DNA from: Podarcis pityusensis
Taxonomy: Eukaryota
Length of the DNA stretch: 64,000 nucleotides
Assembly: GCA_964106645.2 (NCBI GenBank)
Contig: OZ067039.1
Direction: 5' to 3' (one strand)
A program made the translations under genes and the position numbers. The notes beneath the pieces were generated by a model that was given only the letters and a program-made list of their open reading frames with translations, did no database searches and was not told the DNA's origin. Position 1 is the stretch's first letter, and the number at the start of each line of letters is the position of its first letter. Below are positions 36,279-50,155 of the stretch, piece by piece.

Positions 36279-39200
36279 TATTTCTACACTGCTTTTCACT
36301 GGAAGAAAATATCACAAAGTGGCTTCCGAAAAAACAAATGTAACAAAAAATAAATCATACAATATATAAAGCGATAAAACAGACAAATCACTAGAAAAAT
36401 GCACAGATGTATTGCACTTCAGACTGAGCCCTACTTAAGGCTTCCATCAATTACTGGGAGCATTTGAGGAACAGCCAAATGCTGGTTTTCTCTTTCGCTA
36501 CCCTCAGAGCCTTCAGATGTTCAACTAGTTCATATCTTTGTTGAAGTATTATTCTGTATTCCACCTGTATCTTTTTTTCCTGAGCTGCCTTTTCTCCAGT
36601 TTAAGCTGTCCTCATTTTTGTTTCCTTGGTTGCTTTTTCTAAACCAACGGCTAATATTGTGCTCCCTCCATGTCCAGTCCCTGGCAGCACGAACGAGCAC
36701 CGGCAACTGCTTCCTGTCAACCCATAGTTCAGATTAGGCCCGGAAAGATCGGAGTGGCAGCAGCTTACGACCCCTGCCCCTCAGCAGTTTCAAGGGCTCG
36801 GGTTTCTGCGTCCTGGGGACTTCCTAACCATGCCAACTCCTGATACCAGGCTTGCCAGAAGGCTGCCAAAATAGTAGCAAGGTGGAAAATATTTACTCTG
36901 GGAGAGAAAAACACCACTGGCTTGCTAGTTGGCATCATTTTGGTCTGAACTGCGATAATATCTGGTAGTTTTCAGAACTTTTGACGTTTGTTCTCAATGA
37001 AACACTGTTATTATATAAAAATACATTACAAAACAGGAAAAAATATGTTATTCTAACTGAGGACTTTTACAATGATTATTCCAATGTGCAGCAAAAGGAA
37101 CCCATCTGTGCAGCAGTTAATCACAATTTGTTTCCAGTTGGAGTCATATCAATATATTGTTGGCATGTCTATTTCAGCTGCAAGGAGTGCTTTCCCAGCT
37201 CCTCCGCAATAAGCCATGGTCTGTTGATTTCTAGTTTGTTAAAATTACAAATGCAGTAACTAGCATTTTCAATTAGAGCTTTGTGGTCCATTAGCACCTC
37301 TCCCCAACAATATCATAAAAAGAAACCGGTTGCAGCTTAATCCAGATTGTTATCAAATGGATGTTTTCCCCATAAAATTCACTAACCAGAAGGTATTCTC
37401 ATCACATATGTATAACTCCCACCCATATATGTTGACTCATTGAATCATTTAGTCTTGTCACTCACTTCTCCCTCCTCCCCGGTCATATTCAAAAATATGA
37501 ACATTTCTCTGGGCCCAGCGGGCCGCTGCACACATCACATTATAAGCAAGGGATACCTGCTAGCAGATTGCTGTGGATACATGCAGATTGCTCTAAACTG
37601 AGACATGCAAGGTAGCTCAGCCATATACAGGGCAGCAGTGAGCCAACTGAGTGCATTATTCCTCCAGCCCTTATTGAATTCAAACCGTAACCCCTGTTAA
37701 ATAATCAGTTGCTGAGGAAGGCCATTAAGGGCTATAGGTCCTTAAATAACATCTGCACCAATCTCTTCCCATGACAACAGTATGGTGCTCCCTAAACACT
37801 TGTGCAACTTCAAAGGTTTCTGGATCCAAGTGTGATTCAATTGCCCCTCTGTAAACAGTTGTGAAGTTAAGCTAATTTCTTTAACCCTGTGCTATGCTAT
37901 TCAAAGACCCTGGCTCTTCTACATAATAGTTGATGAATAAGTGGAGGAGGAGAAATATCTCTGCTGCAGGCTAACAGATCAGGCTAGTTTGATGCTAGAT
38001 GGGTGCTAAGAGTTACACTTTTTTCTGAGAGTGCATAATTTGTAGGTGTATGGAAGCAGGGTGACCATAAGAGGCCTTTCAATTAGTCTCTTTTTGAATT
38101 GCACATCCTCTCCACCTACTTGTTCGGGTTCTCTATCAGTTCAGAGTAACCTGCTTCCTGTTCAGTGTGCCTGACATGGCCCATTTCCCTCCTGCCCCTG
38201 CTTTTCCAACAAAGAAAACAAGAGCATTGTACCATCTGAATGAACTTCAAAGTGGCTGGAAGGGGCACCAAGGGTTCCTGGCACTTGTCATTGTCTCCCA
38301 GACTGACCAACATTTCCCTTCAGGTCTAATTACTTCCAAATGCTTCCAGCCGCTTTGAAGAAAACCAGGAGGGGAGGGGGGGAGGGAAAAGGTAGGGAGA
38401 AAAGCTTCAGAGCGCACAGGGAGCAGAGAGCAGTTAAAATAGCAAAGGCGCAGATCTTTAATGTCACCCAAAAACTGAGCCACCAAAGAAGATGAGTGTA
38501 TAAGACAACAGCTGATGAAAACTGAATCCTGCTTTAACTGTACTGTTCCACACACACACTGCTGCCATCTGTGGTACTGGGAGGGTGGCTGCTACAGAAG
38601 ACAAAGTGGAAACTAAATCCAAGCAAGGCTGGGACAGTGCCAATTCTAGCCTTATTATCCTTACCTGGAAGAATGTGGTCTGTGTGGTTCTTCAGTAAGT
38701 CCATTTCTCTGTGCTAGGAGCTTGGCAGATCTCATCTTTCTGCACTCTACGTTGGAGGTTTCTAATTGTTTCCTTTGGGCCGGTTAGTGTTGACACCCAA
38801 GCTGCTTTCTGGTTTTCCCTGTGATCTGCCCTTTGTATCTTTATACTGTAAGATCTGTCACATAATCAAGCAGCCAGCATTCTGCGCTGAAATGTTGTTC
38901 AAACAGAACACACACACTGCTGTTAGGACAGATCATACGCATTAGCATATGGGTCTCTGGCTGAAAGGTGTATGTGTGTTCTTGAAAAACAGAATTTTGT
39001 TTTATTGCTATATTTTTATTACAAGCCATGGAGGGAAACAGGGAAAGGATGACGCCCTGCGGATTGAAGCCCCAGACTGAAAATGCCAAGCTGTCTTGTT
39101 TCTAAGTTTGACCATAAAGTTAGTTACATTTCAAAGGTTGAGGTTTGTTGTTTTTTTTTCACTCACAACATTTTCATTAGAAGCTGTTCCTTGAAAAATG

Positions 39201-39879
39201 TAAAACAATTAGTTGATGCTGCTATAGTTTCTATACTGCAGCAATGCTTGCTGTTAAGACACATTTACCTCATAATCCCTAATTGTGGGTGGTCATTCAG
39301 TTCTTGCTTTTGCTCATGTCTTCCTTCAAAGCGGAGATGAGAGATCTGTGGCCTTCCAGGTGTTGCTGGACTCTCATCAGCTTCAGCCAGCATGGCCAAT
39401 GGTCAGGGAAGATTGGACTTCTAGTCCAACAACATACGGAGAGTGGCAGGTTCCCCCACCTCTTGTTCAGAGAGCCCTTCTTTGCTGTACTTGCACACAT
39501 CCTGCCCTGTGTCAGATTCAAGATCTGCACTGGTTGCTGACTCACTTGCCTATCCTAAAACAACTGAGCAGGTAAGAGCGCTGGTTTGATCCTACCTACA
39601 CTGTCACTTAAAAAAAATAAAATCCCTCTGATTGCATGTAGTAGTATCAATTTTCTTCTGCCTTCCTTTCTCCCAGGCAACAGATGCTTTAACACTGATA
39701 CATGTGCAATTGTAAAGTGTAGAGTGTTTCTTCTATGAGCAATAATCAGTCAGGTGTGCATTAGGCAGACTGATGCACAGGGACTACGGCTCAGGGCCCG
39801 TGTTCAAAGGCTGAATTGTAACCAAAGTAGGGCTATGAATAGATTCAACTGCAGCAGCAATAAAAAGGACCCATCAGAT

Positions 39880-39971
39880 CATAGCTGTCAACGTTTCCCT
39901 TTCTTAAAAAGGGAAATTCCCTTATTCCGAATAGGATTCCTCGCAAGAAAAGGGGAAAGTTGACAGCTATG
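39880..39971. mobile_element. 92-bp hAT MITE of a different family
   Basis: TIR CATAGCTGTCAAC/GTTGACAGCTATG; exact 8-bp TSD CATCAGAT. Confidence 0.9.
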
Positions 39972-40223
39972 CATCAGATAATCTCTAGAGTCTCAAAATT
40001 AAAATCTTGATCATGTTGAAATGAATATGCAGCTTGACTAGCACTTCCAGCTACATTGTATGGTTGAATCACACCTCTCTGCTGCCAGCGTTTATATTCC
40101 AAATAAATTTGTTTGGTACTGCACACAAACTCACTGTGCCCTGTTTAAGACCAAGACTTTTAATAGTACATCTCTATCCCACAGAGTTCAGTGAGACTTA
40201 ACACCCAAGTAAGTGTGTATATA

Positions 40224-40560
40224 GGACGTGGGTGGCTTGCCGATCGTATGGTCGGCGGTTCGAATCCCCGCGGCGGGGTGAGCTCCCGTCTTTCAGTCCC
40301 AGCTCCTGCCCACCTAGCAGTTCGAAAGCACCCCTAAGTGCAAGTAGATAAATAGGTACCACTTTATAGTGGAAAGGTAAACGGCGTTTCCGTGTGCTAC
40401 GCTGGTGCAGGCTCCCCAGAGCAGCTTAGTCACGCTGGCCACGTGACCCGGAAGTGTCTCTGGACAGCGCTGGCCCCCGGCCTCTTAAGTGAGATGGGCG
40501 CACAACCCTAGAGTCGGACACGACTGGCCCGTACGGGCAGGGGTACCTTTACCTTTACTT
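40224..40560 (+). mobile_element. Sauria SINE with 12-bp TSD and a deletion in the 5' tRNA head
   Basis: TSD TAAGTGTGTATA at 40210-40221 and 40561-40572; B-box GGTTCGAATCC; ACCTTT tail. Confidence 0.9.
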
Positions 40561-42903
40561 TAAGTGTGTATACAGGATTGTAGTATAAATCAGGTGAAAA
40601 AGAGAGGCAGTTCCCTCTGTCCCATTCATAGAGTGGGTGGTGGGGAAGGATAGCATATTACCATAATCCCCCCTCCCAATTTTTAGCACCAGGTTTGGGC
40701 CATAATTTGGATTTTCCCTTTAGAAATTTAAACAGAGACATCCTGTTAAGTCAGTGTGCAAGTGTATGCAGAACAGAGACCTACATGTGTTTTAGTTTAG
40801 CTTTGCTGTGGGTACATGTGTGTTTAAACCCATATTAAATGTTCTGTAGTACATTCACACCCCTTGCTTAATGGGGGATTAAGCTTTGTGTGTAGTCAAA
40901 GCTGCTCAACTCTGGGGATCGGCCTGTTTTATACAATTCAGAGCTATATATGAAGCAGCTGCCTGGGCCATTTGCTGGTCCAAGGCCGCCTAGACTACAT
41001 TAAACCAAATGGAAATGGAGAAGATACTTGCAAATTAAAGGAAAAGTTAGCCTTTAAGGCTGTTAACACTTTTGACCAGATCATTTTGAGCTCAGTGAGA
41101 CTTGCTTCTGAGTAGACTAAAAGCAAGGTTTTAGGCCGGTACTTCTTAACAGATGGCTGTAAAAATTCTGATTGATCAGATACCTTTAACTTCTAGCCTA
41201 AGCCCTACAAGTATCCTTAATTTACATGTCAAGAGCCAGCGTGGTACACTGGTTAGACTAGTATGGGTCTGAGAACACACTGGTTCAAATCTGCATTCAA
41301 CCAGGGTGACTTTGAGCCAGTTGCTATCTCTCAGCCTATCCTACTTTACAGGGTTGTGGTGAGGATACAAATGGAGAAGAACTATGCACATTAGTTCTTG
41401 GGGGACACACACAAAACTAAATACTATCTTTAGTACTGCTCTTAAGCCCACATCCTCTGAAGTAAAGCCCCACCAACCTTAGATTCCCAATAAACGAGCA
41501 CAAAGGAGTGCATGCATTCTCAGTAGTATGTAGCATACTTTTGATGATGCAACAGAGCACAACATTGTTTTCATGCTTTATCACAATCGAGCAAAATAGC
41601 TATGACATAAACATTGCACTACCATTTTTGTCTAATGCAGACATAGCAAAGAGCTACAAATTCAATTTCTGGTTTAAGGAACCAGGTGGGAAAGAATAAT
41701 GCCTAAGAGAACAACTCCCAGCTAGAGTAGACTACATGGATAAATACCTTTGACCTGATACAAGGAGCTTTAGCGTTAATACGCACTGATAAACCCACTT
41801 GTTTTTAAAATCTGATGAAGATGAGAATACTGGAAATGCTAAACCATGGTTAAAAGGCTGCTAAAGCAGGGTAACATGTAGCACTCCTAGAATTTGCTGG
41901 ATTCCTATCAGCTCCTGCCAGAATCGCCACCAGTGGTAAGGGATCATGGGAGTTGTAGACCAGCAACAGTTTACTCACCCCTCTGCTAAACCATGGTTGA
42001 GGTTGACAAAGGCAGAACAGGAGAAAGGAAGTTGCTTTTGTAACGCTGGTTCCTAATTTATAGGCCATGGGTTTGTAGGAAGACAGCATTATGACAGTTC
42101 TGGGAAACTGCAGCATTCCACCTAACCCTCATCCTGTGTTTTTCAGCATAAACATTACTGGGTATTTCAGAGCCAGCATTCAAAGCCAGCAGCCCTTTGT
42201 CCCTGTCATTACCAATACGTAGCAACTGGTAGCTTAGGTATAGCATGCACATGACTTTTCTATCAGGCAGCATGGCTGCTAACCACTAGCTGACAGTATC
42301 ATTGCTGCCTTGGTCTTGTTCTGCCTCTTGGCGCACTCCTCTATATCCATTCAGAAGTAAGCCCTGTTGAGTTCAATGGGGTGTAGGCCCAGATCTGTGG
42401 GTATAGGATTGCAGCCTGTCAGTACCTCGAGTGGCAATTGCTTCTCCCTCTGTAGGCCTAGCCTTTATTTTGCAGCAGAAAAAAAGATTCATTAGGCTAT
42501 GCCCTGCCCCCCATGTATACGGTTTACTATTTCACAGCTCTCTTCTCTCCCCCCCGTCCTGCCCCACTGACACAGAGGGGCTGGGCCGTGCGTGATGTGG
42601 GATCCTCACACATGCTGTTTGTTATTCTGCCCCTTTTTGAAAGTTTTTCTTTCGTCCTACAAAGGGGGGGGGGAGGCCAAACAACTCTTTGAAGCTACTT
42701 GACTTTCTATGATTAATTGCAACAAGGAGCCCCGCGCAAGGGAGGGAGACTATTTTTGATTTATTGAAGTTTCTTTGTGAGAACAAATTTATAGCAGAGG
42801 GAAGCAGCTTCTGAGAGGAATATCAAATGGTTAAAAGGTTCCAAGCCCTCTTTGATGTCATGGCCCCAGTGGAATGCTGGAAAGGATTGAGGGACAAGCA
42901 CTG

Positions 42904-42909
42904 TTTATT
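42904..42909 (-). terminator. Candidate CENPX polyadenylation signal (AATAAA on minus strand)
   Basis: tttatt on plus strand ~560 nt past the stop; other candidates near 42760 and 42464. Confidence 0.45.
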
Positions 42910-43472
42910 TATAAAATAAAGATCAGGTACCTGATGCTGGCACAGACCCGGGGCTCGGCTCCTGTTTAAGAACTCAGACAGCAGACAGGCCCGGAGCTGG
43001 CCTTTAAATGCCTGCTGAGGTGATGAGAGCCCACGGTGTGGGGAATGCTTCCAGGCATACTCACTCTTTCCACACACCCCTACAGGAAGGCACCTGCTTC
43101 TCCCATTGGAAAAGAAAGTGTAGACTCTGCCTGGCTGTGAATCGGAAACAGCAGCAGGCTAGGACGCAGCCTCAGATGGTGAGTGTCACTGACTCCAGGC
43201 ATCCCATCACAAAGAGGGAGGGGTGGGGGGAGAGAGAGAAAAGATTCCAGCCCTTAGCAGCCAGCCTTTGACCATCATGGAGTGTCCAGAAAGAGATAGC
43301 AAACAACCGCAACTGCGCCGGCAAGGAAGGAGAGAGGTGATGAGAATATCATCCGAGCAAGCAGAATCACGGCGGGGCATATTCCATTTCAAAGCCTGTC
43401 TTCCACTTTGCTCCAGAGGTCAGGCCACGATCTTCCCCCTAGCAGGAATGTGGGCTTTGCCCCATCAGGTTT

Positions 43473-43487
43473 CTAGAAGTCCAAAAG
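43473..43487 (-). CDS. CENPX: CENPX exon 5 LLDF-stop
   Basis: tttacAG CTT TTG GAC TTC TAG; conserved LLLDF terminus. Confidence 0.95.
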   Translation of the reverse strand, partial: LLDF

Positions 43488-43683
43488 CTGTAAACATTAA
43501 GCGTTTTTAAGTTACTGTGAGCAAAGAGTTCTCCCCAAACTGTTTGGCTGATTTGCCTGAGTTCCAGTTGCCCGGTGAGGATATTACTAACCAGCCAAAC
43601 ATTCCCCAAAGGAAGGGGATTAAGATGCCTTTGCCCACATCCTTATCCTGTTAATTTAGGAATCCAAGCTGTGCGTTACATAC

Positions 43684-43772
43684 CAGCTGCGGCAGCACTT
43701 TTTCCACGTGCTCCACATCCACCCTGGTCAGGTCCTCCGTTTGAGCCTGCCGTGCGGCTCGTGCGGCTGCCT
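43684..43772 (-). CDS. CENPX: CENPX exon 4 EAAARAARQAQTEDLTRVDVEHVEKVLPQL
   Basis: ttgcAG / GTatgt on minus strand. Confidence 0.96.
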
Positions 43773-44666
43773 CTGCAAGAAACACACAAGGCAGGCAAGG
43801 TGCAACAAGTAGGTACTGGGAAGGGTAACAGAAATGGCCTTTAGGGAGGAATGACATCAGTCAAGTAACAAAAAAGTTACTTTGAGAGGCTTTGCTTGGG
43901 AACAAATAAGTCTGCAATTCACAGTATTAATACTGGACTTTCACCTCAGGAAGTGTTAACTTCTCACCACTCAGCACTTTTTCCTTGCCCAAAATTGTTC
44001 TCAACGTTCAGGCAAATGATCCCCAAGCAAAGCATGTGCTACCTTCTGAATGTGCACATGTCCACCTAGCTCCACCTAGCTGCTGAGGCTCCAAACAGTC
44101 ATGGTTGGGGAGCCTATGGCCCTCCAGGTGCCGCTCAACTCCAATTCCCATCAGCCACAGTTAGCATAGGTGGTGGCTGCAGATGATGGGATATGTAGTC
44201 TTGCAACATCTGGAGGGTCCCAGGTTCCCCACTCCTGCAGCAGATCATGAACTCAAGACTGCTGAGAAAGTCCTAAGCTTTATATATCTGATGGAAGCAT
44301 CATTAAAAATAAGCTTTCAGCATTTAAGCTGTACCTATTCTGTATCAGCCTGGAAAATCAAGCTCTGCTGCCTGGTTAAAGTGTAAGGTTTCATGAAGAA
44401 TCTACTAGTTTCTGATAGAAAGATCAAGGTGTTTTTTTCTTCAGGACTTGGTTTTTGCGCTGAACCAAGATTTAGCTTGTCCTGCTTTATTCCTTCTAGT
44501 ATCTCCTGTCGACTTGTACTGCCTTCTGAATGAGCAGTGAGGCTACACCTTAAAAGAATAAAGAGTTTTTATAGTCTTCTGATTTTTGCACTAATTTTTG
44601 TCCTTCTATGTCATTCATCTGTGACTGCCATTCTATGGAAAAAAGGCACAGTCCTTTACAACTTAC

Positions 44667-44720
44667 CTCGCACGAACACTTTGAGCATTTCTGCCATGAG
44701 CAACAGAGCATCACCACTGA
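44667..44720 (-). CDS. CENPX: CENPX exon 3 VSGDALLLMAEMLKVFVR
   Basis: tttccAG / GTaagt on minus strand. Confidence 0.96.
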
Positions 44721-44893
44721 CTGGAAAGAGGGGGAAAAGTAACCATGAGAAATGCCCAGCCCAGTTATCTGCCCACAACCCAGGAATCATGGTTACCTCT
44801 GATATTCCAGGGCATGATCTCTCTACAGAAAAGTTTGGCAAGATTGCGAGCAGGAATTGGCCTCCTTATTGAGACAGAAGGGAAAGCAATTAC

Positions 44894-44945
44894 CTCGTGT
44901 TTTGTCATCTTTGAAGTGGAGCTGGAGCAGTTTGTTCACGGTCTC
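44894..44945 (-). CDS. CENPX: CENPX exon 2 ETVNKLLQLHFKDDKTR
   Basis: tgcAG / GTaatt on minus strand. Confidence 0.96.
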
Positions 44946-46020
44946 CTGCATGGAAAGGAAATCAGTCAAGGGGTGTTAATGGAGAAAAAGTGAATCTCCC
45001 TGTCTTTCCATTTCAAAGAGATATAAAATAGGTAAAGCAATATCTTTTATGAGATCAACTTCTGCCGGTGTAGGAGTACATCAAAAGAAGCTCAGCCAAT
45101 AAAGTATATTACCTTACCTGTTTTGCATCTCATTCTCTGGGACCAAGAGAGCAACAACTATTGATGCCAATCTTCCATCCCTGGGCAGGGACCACATAAC
45201 TGGCTCCATCACCCACCATTTCTCTGTTGCTGAGGCCCAAACTTTTTTTATTAATCGGCGATAATTCTCCTCCCCACCAACTGCCTTATTTGTGCTATCT
45301 TATTTATTATAGGGGTTTTTAATTCTGCCTTTCTGCTCTGAATACAAGGGTACCCAAGTTGGCTCTCATCAGGTTAAAAACAATATATAATCAGAACACT
45401 AAATCTCAAAAAGCAGCAGCAGCCAAGAAAACCATACTGGAGATGAAAAAAGGAAAAGAGACACTAAAGTTGGGCCAAAAGCTAGCAAGAAGGTCCTAAA
45501 CCTGAGGCAGAAGACCAAAAAGCAAGGGGGCTAAGTGGCTCTTCCTAGACAGACAGTTCTACAACCTGGGTGCTCCAAACAGAACAGCCCTCTTTTCATG
45601 TTCCCATCCATTGTACCTCAACTGATGGTAGGACATGCAGAAGGAGCCTCTTCAACCCAGCTCAGTGGCTGGATAGAACTGCATGAGATTAGAAGCCTCA
45701 TCATGTTAAACAATTTTTAGTTGACTAGTCAGCAACATCTAAATTCACACATGAATTTCTCAGAATAGGTTGCTCACTTGCACCTTCAAAAAGGAAAACA
45801 AACATTCACTGCCAGATGGAAAGGCCCTTTTTAGCATTTGCTCTTCTGTTCTGTTAGAACCAGAATAACCCAAAGAAATAAGGTGTATGCCCTTATCTTA
45901 CAACCCTCCCAATAAAAAAATGATGCCCTCCCATTAATTAACTAGGGTTGCATCCAATAAAATCATTGAGCTTAAGGCAAGGACTTCTGCATACACAAAG
46001 GGTCTTGTTCTCCACATATA

Positions 46021-46246
46021 CAGTGGTACCTTGGGTTAAGAACTTAATTCGTTCTGGAGGTCTGTTCTTAACCTGAAACTGTTCTTAGCCTGAAGCACCA
46101 CTTTCGCTAATGGAGCCTCTTGCTGCCGCCACGCCGCCAGCACGCGATTTCTGTTCTCATCCTGAAGCAAAGTTCTTAACCCGAGGTACTATTTCTGGGT
46201 TAGTGGAGTCTGTAACCTGAAGCGTCTGTAACCCGAGGTACCACTG
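46021..46246 (+). mobile_element. Tigger/pogo-like MITE
   Basis: TIR CAGTGGTACCT(C/T)GGGTTA, TA TSD. Confidence 0.85.
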
Positions 46247-48435
46247 TAATCCCTCTCCCAACACCACTGCACCAATCTGCTCTGAAGGTTTGGGGAAGCC
46301 CCAGAAAATATTTATTTATTTCATATTTCTTCCATCTTTTCGTCTAAGGTAACTTTCAGTTCTTGGCAGAGATGCTACTACATCAAATCCTGTGAAGTGG
46401 GATTTACTAATTTTAGCCCTGGCTTTCTGAACTGGTATATAAAGTAGCACTGCACACTAAGAGAAGAAAGATGTATGAAAATGAGAGTCATGAAAAACTA
46501 TGCATTACAGTGACTTACAGTTTTAGGAATTAAGAATTGCTCAAGAAAGGGACTGGTATGAATGTAAGTACTAACAGAAGCTGCAGTGACTGTCCCCTGA
46601 ATCACTTCAGATGAGCCAGAAAACGGCATCTTTGTAAAAGCAAATTTAGCAGCTAGGCCACAAGTGAAGAATGTTTGTGGTGTACTGAAGATATAAAAAT
46701 ATTTCAAGGAAAATGCAGTTGTGTCGTATTAACAAAGAGTATAAGGAAGACACCAGTGGCAACAACATTATACTGGTTCAGTACTTATTAGGCTTTTGTT
46801 TGAAAATTCTGTTCAGGATACCAACAAACACTGAACAACAAAATATTACTAAGTGCTTGGAGTACATAGTATGAGAAAGGATGAAGGAACTCTTGGGAAA
46901 GAGACTTGAAGAGATATATTAACAATGGCTAAATATCTTAACAAGTTGTCAGACAAAAGGATGATCTACCAGAGCAGTTAAAGAATAGAGCACCAGCAAA
47001 ATAGATTGACTGCTATTAATTTATCTCCAAGCATTTTAATCTTGCTTTTCTGTTTTAAAAAGACACTGAAATCACATCTATATAATACAGTGGAAAAGCT
47101 ATCAGCAAAAGCTTCCTAATTTTAGGAACAGCTGATTAATGTATCAAGTTATTTGTTCTATGGAATTTGTGGTAGTTTAAGTAACTTACGAAATAAGTTT
47201 TTGGTTCTGGAGGCGAATTCAAAATATCTTTTTCAACTCCTGATTAAATCAGTATTACCCAACCTGATTCCCTCTAGCTGTTGCTGACTACAATTCCCAT
47301 AATCCCTATTGGGTGTTTCCACTAGGGCTGATGTGAGTTGGGATCCAAAACATCTGGAGGACAACAGGTTTGGGAAGGGTTAATTAAAATGTCAAACTCT
47401 TTCTTCATCCAAATGGAAAATACTAGCTCGAGTAATGTAGGCTAAGAAATCCCTATCCAACACCCCTAGGAGGGACTGGCTGTTAAGATAAAATAATAAT
47501 GACAAATAAGATCTAGGCAGGACTGTGCAGAAATGGCTGTAAGGTTACCAAAGCTGGATTTAAAAAAGTGCCCCCCAGATTCTGTTACAAAGGATTTCTA
47601 ATGATGCTACCATGATAATTTCATTTTATAAGTGGTTAATCAGCCGTCTGAGCCTTAACTCCGTACCAGTCAGGAACATAGGGGCATGCCTTAAAGCAAG
47701 TCAGACCATTGCTTTGTCTAGCTCAATATTGTCTATGCCAGGTATGAAGAACCTTTGACGCTACAGATGCTGCCGTACTACAATTCCCATCAGCTCCAAG
47801 AAACATGACCAATGGCCAGGGATCATGGGAGTTGTAGTTCAGCAGCGTGTGGAGGCCAAAGCTTCCCCACATCTGGTTGACATTGATGGGAAGTGGCTCT
47901 CCAGGATTTCAGACAAAGGTCTTTTCCGACCCTAGCTGGGGACTGAACTAGGGACCTATTGCATGCAAAGCAGATGCTTTGCCACTGACTACAATCTTTC
48001 CTCTAAATGTTTTGAAATCAAAGGGTTTGGGCATGCCTAACTCAGCATAACATCTAGATTAGTATATAAAGAATCCTTTGCACAAGAAGGAACGGCTTAC
48101 GGATTTTATCATGTGGGCCTGCTAGAAAATAAAACACAAAATTAACTAGGCTGTAGCGCTACCTGCTGCATATATCTGGAAGTGCTCTGGAGAGTTTCAC
48201 TAGTTTAGCATATTCCATTAAGAGGGTCAGTAGGAAAGGGACTGAAAGTCTGCCAATATCATGATGCCATTCTACAAAGCTATGGCACATGGAATGCTAG
48301 CTACAATTCTGGTTGCCTTGTGTGATCATAGGACTGAATCAACTACCTTGTGAAGAAAAGTTGCATTTGGGGTTTCTTAGTTTTGAAAGAGTGAGTACTT
48401 GGGGGGAGGGCAAGACAAAGGGGCACATACAATGA

Positions 48436-48650
48436 TGCGATGTGGAGAAAATGAACCAAGAAAAGCTTTTCTCCCTCCTCCTATTAATTGAACTCATGAG
48501 TCAATCCAATGAAATTGAATGTTGGAAGATTCAGGACAGGCAAAAGGGAGCTCTTCACACAGTACATATGGAATTTGCTCCCACAAAATGTAGTGATGTC
48601 TACCAATGTGGATGGATTTAGAAGGAGATTAGTCAAATTCACGGGGAATA
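48436..48650 (+). mobile_element. Decayed CR1/L3 ORF2 3' fragment
   Basis: AGATTCAGGACAG..TGGAATTTGCT..GATGGATTTA..GGAGATTAG..AAATTCA pattern of a CR1 3' region. Confidence 0.6.
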
Positions 48651-49251
48651 TCATGACTACCAGCCATGACTAAATTCACTATCAAAGGCTGTAGGTGTTT
48701 GAACAGCATTTACTGGGAATAAAAAGTGGGAGAGTGCTGTTGCACTCAAGTCTTGCTTGAGGGCTTCCCAGCAGCATTTGGTTGGCCACTTGAAGAGGGT
48801 TCTAGATTATATGTGCCTTGGTCTGATCTAACAGGACTCTTCTTATGCTCTCACCATGAAAGTGTGAAAGTGCATTTAAAACATTTTTACCAGATTCTTT
48901 GGCCAAAAAGTCCCCCAGGGCAGCTTACAAGGATCAGTCTTATTAGAGGATGAATGGAGAGACATCTGCTCTGATCTCCCAAAAGTTATGGTTCGGTTGT
49001 AGTACACCTGCTTTGCAATCAGAAGGTCCCAAGTTCAGAAGCCAGTCTGGGAGCATTTTAACTCTTCCTATTCCTTTCCTTTCCCATCTTCTGAAATTTA
49101 AGTTTGCCCATGTTTGACTTCATGGGCAGCTTTCCACATTCTTGTATGTTTAATTTGATAGGGCCGTGGTCTCTTTTCCCAATCAGTTCAACATCATTTA
49201 CATCTTGCAACAGGTCCTGGGCTACCACTCAGGTTTCTAGCTACAATCCTA

Positions 49252-49285
<34 letters not shown>
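49252..49285. repeat. (ACT)n microsatellite
   Basis: Seen directly. Confidence 0.95.
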
Positions 49286-50155
49286 TGGCCTGGAGGGGCT
49301 GAACAAAGTGGCAGGACCAACATTGCATCCACAGCTCTGCCACCATCACCTGGGGGGGGGGGGGATGCTGGAGCAAGGAAGTAAGTGTATCACAGCAGCA
49401 GCCTGGAGCTGGGGCAGTAATAAGGCCTGCTGCCATAACACAGCATCACTGGGACAAGCTTGGGATCCAACAGCACATCTGACAGGGTGAATGGGAGCTC
49501 CATACTTGTGGTGTGACGCCGGTATCTCCCTGCAGGCAGCAGGGCTGGGCAGAGAGACACCTCTGCCCAATTCAACCCTCTCTCCAGCCTGTTGTGAAGG
49601 GCATTTAGGTTGTTCTGTAATTCCAGGGTCATTCCCATTAATTTGCTTTCTTCCCCAACAGTTTCATGGCACAGTCATTTAGATATGTTTTGCTTTGTCA
49701 CCGCCTGAACGTGAGTTCACCTAAGCAACTTGAAGGCAGCTGAAGTTACCCATTATTACAACATCCATTATTACAATTATTTTCACACTCCCAGCCCTCA
49801 GATCTCTATAGCAAATGAAGGCCATTACAAAATGACCTGCAGGCAGACATAATATTACGGTGGGTAGGCAGCCCTGGCTAACTTACAAATCCGGAAGCCA
49901 GGGGCAAAAAAATCCCTCAAGCAAGCGGGGGGGGGGGCAATGGATAGGGCTTAAACACTACCAATTCATGTCTCTCCCCAACACCACTTTATAGTGGAAC
50001 CTCCTTGGTCCTTCCCCAACCCCATTCCTCATCCAACGCCTACCCTTTAAGGAAACCACCCCTGCTTCTGAGCACCCATAATCTGATTCTCCAGAAGAAG
50101 ATTAAGCCCAACTCTTGCAGTCCTGAATTGGCCAAGCTGCTCTATCTATCCACTA

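Noticed and set aside
38560-38580. CTCF site (CCACAGATGGCAGC on minus strand)
   Set aside because: Only the 3' half matches the consensus; insufficient without a PWM score or ChIP data
49104-49490. ORFs with poly-Tyr/poly-Val tracts
   Set aside because: Translation of an (ACT)n microsatellite
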